Source: Octopus vulgaris (Eukaryota). From it: 64,000 nucleotides of DNA. Below, piece by piece: positions 57,042-64,000 of this stretch (position 1 is the stretch's first letter; every line of letters begins with the position of its first letter). A program made the position numbers and the translations under genes. Below the pieces are notes generated by a model that ran no database searches, was not told the DNA's origin, and saw only the letters and a list, made by a program, of their open reading frames with translations. The stretch covers positions 100,688,001-100,752,000 of the forward strand of contig OX597815.1 in assembly GCA_951406725.2 (NCBI GenBank). Direction: 5' to 3'.

Positions 57042-58406
57042 CATAGTATAATCTATATATATGTGTGTGTATGCACACACGTATTTGAGTGCACAGACAA
57101 GGAGAAAAAGTACTCAATATATGTAGCAGAATGCATTCGTTCGAGAATGAATCATCAGCTTCCAATGAGAGAGAGAGGGGGGGGGGTGGAGTGAAATATG
57201 AAAATAATTGAACTTATTCCTTTTACAAATCAGAGTACGCAAGAGCAAGCTGTTAAGATTGATTGGCATACGTTTGTTGAGAGTCGATTGATTGTATGAG
57301 CTTTTCCCATGATCAATTCAATGCAAGAGTGTGCACACACAATCATATTTATGTTTGCATCAGTTTTCTTAATTTCAACCCTCTCGTTTAAAAGTGTGAC
57401 ATATAAACACGTACATTCACACCTATGTGCTGGGGATATATATATATAGGATCATAGATGTGTGGGACAAAATACAATGTCTAAACAACATCAAGATTTT
57501 AGACATAAACAAGAGAATACAATAATCTTTAATCAGAAAAATTTCCCTAATATATGGTGTTAATAACAAAAAGTGAGAAAAATAAAGTGGAACTTAAATA
57601 AGTTAAGCGAAGAAAATGATATATCTAACGAAAATGCGGAGTTGCCTCTATTAACACTTAAATAATAAAGAACTTATCAAAAATAAATACATACACATAT
57701 ATAAACACTAATGTACATAAATGTGTGTGTGTGTGCATAAAGAGACTATATCCATGTACATATCTATATAAAAGTATATACATATATATGTATGTATGTA
57801 TGTGTGTGTGTGTGGATAGTCGTCTACGAATCCTTAAGTTAGGGAAAAGCAAGCACTCGTATATTTGTCAATAGAGAAGGTATATCAATCTTTAATATAT
57901 ATTTGGATATGTGTATATATACTATGAGAAGACTATCATCATGTTAGGCTGAATTAACTATGATAAAGGAAACAGCATTGATTTCTATACAGAAGTAGAT
58001 TTAATTGAAATATGATAAAATCGTTATTTTCAATGCAAAGCTTAGCGCCAGGAAAGCAGCCATTTAACAAGGAAAAACCAAAACTGCTATCAGTCAGAAC
58101 ATGCAATTGTGTGTATATAGATATACACACGTATATACAATTCAGGATGGTTTGCAAATATATATAATTCTCCGTTTTAAGTACCGTACAAAGTTTCGAT
58201 AAAGTCATATAAGCACGACATAATATATATATAAATGTATAAACACATATGTGTGTGTGTGTGTAAGAGAGAGAGAGAGAGTAAGAATGGAGAAAAAGTT
58301 CCGACACGCAGCCATTATGGTAGATTTGACGACTACGACGACGAGGATGCTTTCACCGTAACGGCTACTGCCTTAGATATGTTGGCGGCCAACGCCTTGG
58401 ACTTAC

Positions 58407-58517
58407 CGTGCAGAAACCCTTGCAATAAACCGCTGTAGCTTGTTCTTTATCAGTTACTCTTTTCTTATATTGTTCATTTAGAGTCCTTAATTCGTGCACA
58501 ATAACGGGCAAATCCAT
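58407..58517 (-). CDS. Candidate first coding exon (37 aa, MDLPVIVHELRTLNEQYKKRVTDKEQATAVYCKGFCT) of a ZNF292/RLF/ZNF654-family zinc-finger gene
   Basis: ATG in good context (cacaaaATGG), 111-nt open frame ending at a consensus phase-0 donor ACG|GTAAGT, CpG-rich surroundings. The peptide aligns without gaps to the ZNF292/RLF N-terminus as I recall it (L..L...L..L..Q..........A...YC..[FL]C). No downstream exon was identified. Confidence 0.6.
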
Positions 58518-58914
58518 TTTGTGGGAAACATTAGTGCTACATGTGCGCCATACGTAAACAGTAAGGTTTCGCATATAACGCACCCTTGTGCCAAACAATA
58601 TAAACAAGGGGAAGATAACTTTGCTGACACATTCTACCAACAAGTTTTTATTTATTTATGATTTACAAATATTCAACTCGGAGAACTTTTAACTCTCTTT
58701 TCTCCTAGTCTTTTATTATAATTATTATAATTCCATTCATATATTGGATGTTTTATAGGAATACTAGAATCGACTCCACTACGTAACTAGCATAGAATTG
58801 TATTAACCATTGCAAAAGAAAAATGTTTACGGTTTCTTTCTCAAAAATATTTACGTGTCGGATCCTGAAAAAATTATGTAGAACGAAGTTCGAGGCAAAA
58901 ATTAAAAAATAACT

Positions 58915-59343
58915 AATTACCCGTAGCTATATTTTATTCTCGAGCAATAACGGAAAGAAATAAAACGCAACAGCAAAGCTTCGAAGTGGTTGCTTGATCT
59001 GCTAGAAATGGCATGTAAATCGCAGTCTAATAATGGTCTTAAATAAAGGACAAACAAGAATTGACATAAAATCTATTCCTCTCTGCTCTTTCTCTTTCGC
59101 TATATATATATATATTACAGTGGTTCTCCAGCATGGCTGAAACAAATAAAAGATATATATATATAGATAGATTGTGAATAGATTTTCTATGTCAATTCTG
59201 GTTTGTCCTTTATTTAAGACCATTATTAACTGTTATTTGCATGCCATTTCTAGCAGGTCAAGCAACCACTTCGAAGCTTCTTTGCTGTCACGTTTTATTT
59301 CTTTCCGTTATTGCCCAAGAATTAAATATAGTTACGAGTAATT
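58915..59343. repeat. Local inverted duplication, ~165-bp arms and ~97-bp spacer
   Basis: 58915-59078 is the reverse complement of 59176-59343, with scattered transitions and small indels. Confidence 0.92.
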
Positions 59344-59371
59344 CATAAATATATATATAAAGTGTATTTGT

Positions 59372-59950
59372 CAACGCAATGTGGCAGTCCTACGCAGGAC
59401 AATGTTACTACTTTTTAGCTGCAGGAAAACAACTTTTCCGACTGGCTACTGACACATGTTTTGTGTTCGCCTACTGTGAGCAAAGGAGTCTATCGCTCCC
59501 TTTCTAGCTACAGTGATACCTGTAGACCAATAGTTTCTGGGTAATTTCCCTTTCTCGGCACAGGATAACCACTGGCTAGGAGATAGCCGTCACTTGCTCT
59601 TGCTCACACTTTTAAAGTGACATACAGTTGCTGATCTCATAAAGAGAAAAACAACTAGTTTAAAATCTCTGAGCTAGAAATATGTAGTAACAGTACCATA
59701 CACTAAGATTTTTTTTGCCAACGCAATGTTGCAGTCCTACGCAGGACGATGTTATTACTTTTTAGCCCCAGGTCATGTGTCGGTAGACTCCCTTGCTCAC
59801 AGTATACAAATACAGATCATGTGTCAGTAGCCAGCTGGAAAAGATGTTTTCCTGGGGCTCAAAAGTAGTAACGTTGCCCTGCATAGGACTGTCACATTGC
59901 ATTGTATGGTACTGTTACTACATTTTTCTCGCTCAGAGATTTAAAACTAT
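59372..59950. repeat. Compound direct plus inverted duplication
   Basis: Block X at 59372-59425, direct copy at 59719-59772. X+Y (59372-59495) is inverted at 59781-59903. Block Z (59656-59701) is inverted at 59904-59950. Confidence 0.88.
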
Positions 59951-59960
59951 ATATATATAT

Positions 59961-60630
59961 ATCATCATCATCGTTTAACGTCCGTTCTCCATGCTAGCAT
60001 GGGTTGGACGGTTCGACCGGGGATCTGGGAAGCCAGAAGGCTGCACCAGGTTCCAGTCTTATCTGGCAATGTTTCTACAGCTAGATGCCCTTCTTAACGC
60101 CAACCACTCCGTGAGTGTAGTGGGTGCTTTTTACGTGCCACCTGCACTGGTGCCAGGCGAGGCTGGCATCGGCCACGGTCGGATTGGTGCATTTTACGTG
60201 CCACCTGCATGGAAGCCAGTCGAGGCGGCACTGGCTTCGGCCACGATTTGGATGGTGCTTTTTACATGCCACCGACACGGAAGCCAGTCGAGGCGGCGCT
60301 GGCATCAGCCACGATTCGGATAGTGCTTTTTACATATCTCCAGTCCAGGGGTCCTGGCATCTGCCGGGTGCCAGTCATAGGATTTGTTCAATTTCGATTT
60401 CGATTTCACTTGCCCCAACAGGTCTTCGCAAGCAAAGGGGGGTTGGTATAGGTCCCTGTCATCGGATGAGGTTCGATATCGACTTCGCTTGCCTCAACAG
60501 GTCTTTGTGTGTCCAAGGGAGGAAAGGCATGCATAAGTGGGCTGGACTCACTTGTCCTGCCTGGTCTTTTCACGCACAGCATATTTCCAAAGGTCTCGGT
60601 CACTGGTCATTTCCTCAGTGAGACCTAAAG
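59961..60630 (-). mobile_element. 5'-truncated RTE LINE 3' end inserted in (TA)n
   Basis: Reverse complement of ~40548-41155; (CAT)n tail; TA repeats on both sides. Confidence 0.88.
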
Positions 60631-60631
60631 G

Positions 60632-60678
<47 letters not shown>

Positions 60679-61241
60679 ATTTATAACAACTTTCACAATA
60701 GAAACAAATTATATAAAAAGTTCCTTCTGGAAATTTCAAAGTGTACACACACTGGTTTGGTGATGTGTCGTACACTAAACTTACAGTCCTTCAGTAATTA
60801 TTATAACTTTATTAATGATTAAAGTGTGTATGAATGTGGGAGAGTAGGTATATTTTTACCCTGATGTGTAATACTAAGAAATATAGTATAGAATAATTAT
60901 GATTTTCACAATACTAATTTTCAAACAAACAAAAAAAATTGATTACCTTAAAATCAAATTAAAGGAAACAAATTTCTCATTTGCATAACTCTCATAACTA
61001 CTCTTGTTATTTAAATTCTTTCTCTTTCACTATGTGTGTGTGGGGGGAGGCATTCCTTTATTCACTGCCTGCCCTCATGCCAAGTATGTGCACTTGTCCT
61101 CCTCCTGTTAGCTCTCTATATATGATGTAAAGCATGAATGGAAAAATCAACCAACGAACTAATTAACATTTATATTGACTATTATGACACAGACACACAT
61201 ACATCTCTCTCTCTCTCTATCTATCTATATATATATGTATA

Positions 61242-61695
61242 TATCAAAGCAATAAAGTTAAAGTCTGGTCATAGAGTGACCTATGATTTTGCATCCACAA
61301 AGGCTATAGCTTCATGGACAACTCCTCAGACTCTAGTTTGAAGACAAATTCAACTCTTCACCTCTGGCTGTGTTGGGATATTCTTTGTAGAATAACCAAT
61401 ATCGTAACATTCCATGTTCTTCCAGAGGTTGTGGAAATCGTGAATATGCAGAAGCATGACGCGTTGATGCAGCTATCAAACGTAGACCATGTGGTGTCCA
61501 TCATAAGACATTCTGTCTTTAGGTTGCAGATTGCAGATGGATTGTCAATGTTTCAGATGAAGTGCTCTCTAAAGTACAGAGTAGTAAAGCACCCAGAGGT
61601 GAAGAGTTAAATTTGTCTTCCACTAAGCTACAACCTTTGTGGATGCAAAACCATTGGTCACTCTATGACCAGACATTAACTCCATTACTTTAATA
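61242..61695. mobile_element. MITE/foldback with ~100-bp inverted arms
   Basis: 61242-61367 versus reverse complement of 61593-61695 (gtctggtcatagagtgacc..ttttgcatccacaaagg..gaagacaaatt..aactcttcacctctgg); ~24-bp extra in the left arm; TA at both ends. Confidence 0.8.
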
Positions 61696-61764
61696 CTTTA
61701 CTGCTCTATATTTTAGAGTATGCTTCTTTTTCGGATATATGATTCATTGACAGTATATATATAT

Positions 61765-62650
61765 GAAGACCCACCCATGTCAATGAAACTGAGTTCTAGA
61801 AGAGCTGTGTGTCCCACCCATGCTTAACAAGAAAATTTCTCACACACTTTACCACAACAAACCAAACTACATCTCTTCTCTTCTTCACATTTCCATTTCA
61901 TGCACTAGGCTAACCTCCCCTTCCCCAATCCTGTCCTCTTGGCCCTGTGCCACTGTATCATTGCTCTTCGCTAGCTTCTGACCTGTGTGTTCCACCCACA
62001 CCCTGTCTCATTGTATCATTGCATCTGCCTAGCATTTTGCCACCATCTCTATCCTGCTGTTTCCTTCTCTCTCTCTCTCTCCTTCTCCTGTACTTCCCTC
62101 AGGTTGGGTAACCACGTATCTCCTTTGTGGCAGTGTACCTGTTTCCACCTTCATTCCTGATTTCTCTCTCTCTCTCTCTCTTGCTTTCTCCCTCTCTCTG
62201 GCCAGGTAACTTTGTACCTAATCTGCAGCAAGACGCCTGTTTCTGTCTCTCTGCCTCACTATAACCTTTTGTTATCCAGCACAAGATCACCTCCTCCATT
62301 GCCCTCTTCCTTCTCAAAAGAGTTTTCTTTTGTCTTGCACTTGGTGACCCTGTCAGTGCAGGTGCCACTCAAAAGCACTTTGTCTACACTGTAAAGTGGT
62401 TGGTGTTTGGAAAGGCATCCAGCTGTAAAATCCTTGCCAAAACTGACCTTACTTGTGCTTGTGCTACGTAAAAAGCACTAAATCCACTCCGCCAAGTGGT
62501 TGGTGTTAGGAAGGGTACCCAGCTGTAAAAATCCTGCCAAAACAGTTACAGAAGTCTAGTGCAAAATTCTGTCTGGCCAGCTCTTATCAAACTGTTCCAT
62601 CTAAGCTGGGAGGGAAGGTGGATGTTAAACGATGATGATGATGATGATGA
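61765..62650 (+). mobile_element. Older RTE subfamily 3' UTR with (GAT)n tail
   Basis: Duplicated aagtggttggtgtt..ggaa.gg..ccagctgtaaaa motif; ends gttaaac(gat)n; homologous to 42755-43057. Confidence 0.65.
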
Positions 62651-62757
62651 TATATGGTGTGTTTTTTTTTTCCTGTAGTACCAGTACTACAGAGGTATTC
62701 TTGTCTTCAGCAAGACTAAAAAATCTTTTCAATCTTATACTGTCTCTGCTCAATTTG

Positions 62758-62843
62758 CTAAACCATTTTTCAACATGTACTGAATACTTTAATGTGGCAT
62801 CTAAACCATTTTTCAACATGTACTGAATACTTTAATGTGGCAT
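62758..62843. repeat. Perfect 43-bp tandem duplication
   Basis: ctaaaccatttttcaacatgtactgaatactttaatgtggcat, two copies. Confidence 0.97.
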
Positions 62844-63059
62844 CAGTGCTGGTGAGATCACTTTATAACTTACAAATAAGAGAAAGTGATGACTTTACAA
62901 GATGTTGAGAACGATTAGAAACACGATTTCAAGAAAAGAGATGATGGTAGTGGAGAGAGTAACAGAGTATAAGGTATTAGAGTGGGGAATAAAAGGAGAG
63001 AGAAGAAGAAAAGGATAGGGAAAGGCAAATCGTAATGTCAAGAGTTAGAGTGAAAGAGG

Positions 63060-63980
63060 AAGGGAGAGCAGCACTATAATCAGCTGTTACAAAGTAAAAG
63101 AGAGGCCTTAGATGGAAGTAATTACAAAAGGATCAAGTTGCTGAACCAGAGCTTAAAAGTTACAGAGTTTAAAGCCCAATAAATTAGGAACAAAGTTACA
63201 CAAAATGAGATACAGTTTGGTTTCGTGCCATGAAGAAGTACTTTTGATATCATCTTAATAAAACAACTGCAGAAGTATTTAACTGAAAGTAAACCTTTGT
63301 ACTTGGTATACATTGGCTTGGAGAAAGCCTTTTCACAGAGTCCCTTGGTCTGTGTTCTGGTGGTCTATGAGAAAGCTTGGAGTAGATGAATGGCTTGTGA
63401 GAGTTATATAACTGTGTACAGGGATACCGTCAGTAAGGTGAAAGTCATTCATGAGTAAAGATAAGAGTTCACCAGGGTTCAATACTCAGTCCCCTTTAAT
63501 TCATTATAGATTCCCAGGTCATAACAGAAATTTAAGACCACTTATCCTTGGGAACTATTAAATGCTGATTAGAAAAGAAATTCCAGGTGTGGAATTAAAC
63601 TGGGAATCAAGGGGTCTTAAAGTTACCATGGCAAAACCAAAGTTCTAGTCAGTAGAGAAACAGGACTTTACTCTCTTCAAGGAAATGGTCCTGCTTAATA
63701 TTTAGCAAAAACGGAGATAGAAATTCCATATGGTGCTTTGGACACACAAAAGATGAAATGGAATCACAGGAAGATTATCAAAGAAAGTAGTCTTTATGTG
63801 GAAGATGTGCAGGAGCAATAAACACTAAGGACATACGGGAGGCTCTGCAGAAGTAGTAGACAGTTTCTGTTACCTATGTGACCTAACTAGCAGAGGAGGA
63901 GAATTTTCTGAAAGTATAGTTGGTAGAATAGAAATAGGATGGAGAAAGTTCAGAGAACTATTACCTCTGTAGGAAACAGA
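63060..63980 (+). pseudogene. Decayed RTE-clade LINE reverse transcriptase
   Basis: NYKRIKLL, QFGFVP, LYLVYIGLEKAF, WWSMRKLGVDEWLVR, HQGSILSP, PWELLNAD, EVVDSFCYL and GWRKFRELLPL, with stops and frameshifts. Confidence 0.88.
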
Positions 63981-64000
63981 AGCTATCTCTCTCTCTCTCT

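Noticed and set aside
59991-60775. Overlapping 65-165 aa ORFs with repeated WHVKS/CHRH motifs (also at 39.5-41 kb)
   Set aside because: They translate the tandem-repeat RTE 3' UTR and recur wherever that repeat does.
61314-61610. 98-aa ORF inside the foldback as a transposase or captured gene
   Set aside because: No recognisable motif; it starts and ends within the inverted arms.

Overview
This is AT-rich eukaryotic DNA dense in microsatellites and transposons, not a prokaryotic locus. I found no operon, CRISPR array, rRNA or intact tRNA, and nearly all supplied ORFs are spurious or decayed retroelement pieces. The repeat families match my recollection of octopus (coleoid cephalopod) genomes; that species assignment is an inference. 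Contents: (i) two tRNA-headed SINE families and a very abundant ~200-bp old repeat; (ii) dead LINE fragments from several clades (RTE, L1/Tx1, CR1/L2, R4/Dong, I/Jockey-like); (iii) a pogo/Tigger remnant and many MITEs or foldbacks; (iv) a 2.6-kb TA/CA low-complexity block with a probably artefactual 479-nt poly-T. The best non-repeat signals are a candidate first coding exon of a ZNF292/RLF/ZNF654-family gene (58517-58407, minus strand), a bulge-free pre-miRNA-like hairpin (14344-14427), a sharply bounded CpG-depleted domain (~21-43 kb), and a cluster of local inverted duplications just upstream of the candidate exon. I cannot demonstrate a new multi-gene system here. Most repeat boundaries are approximate because they were read by eye.
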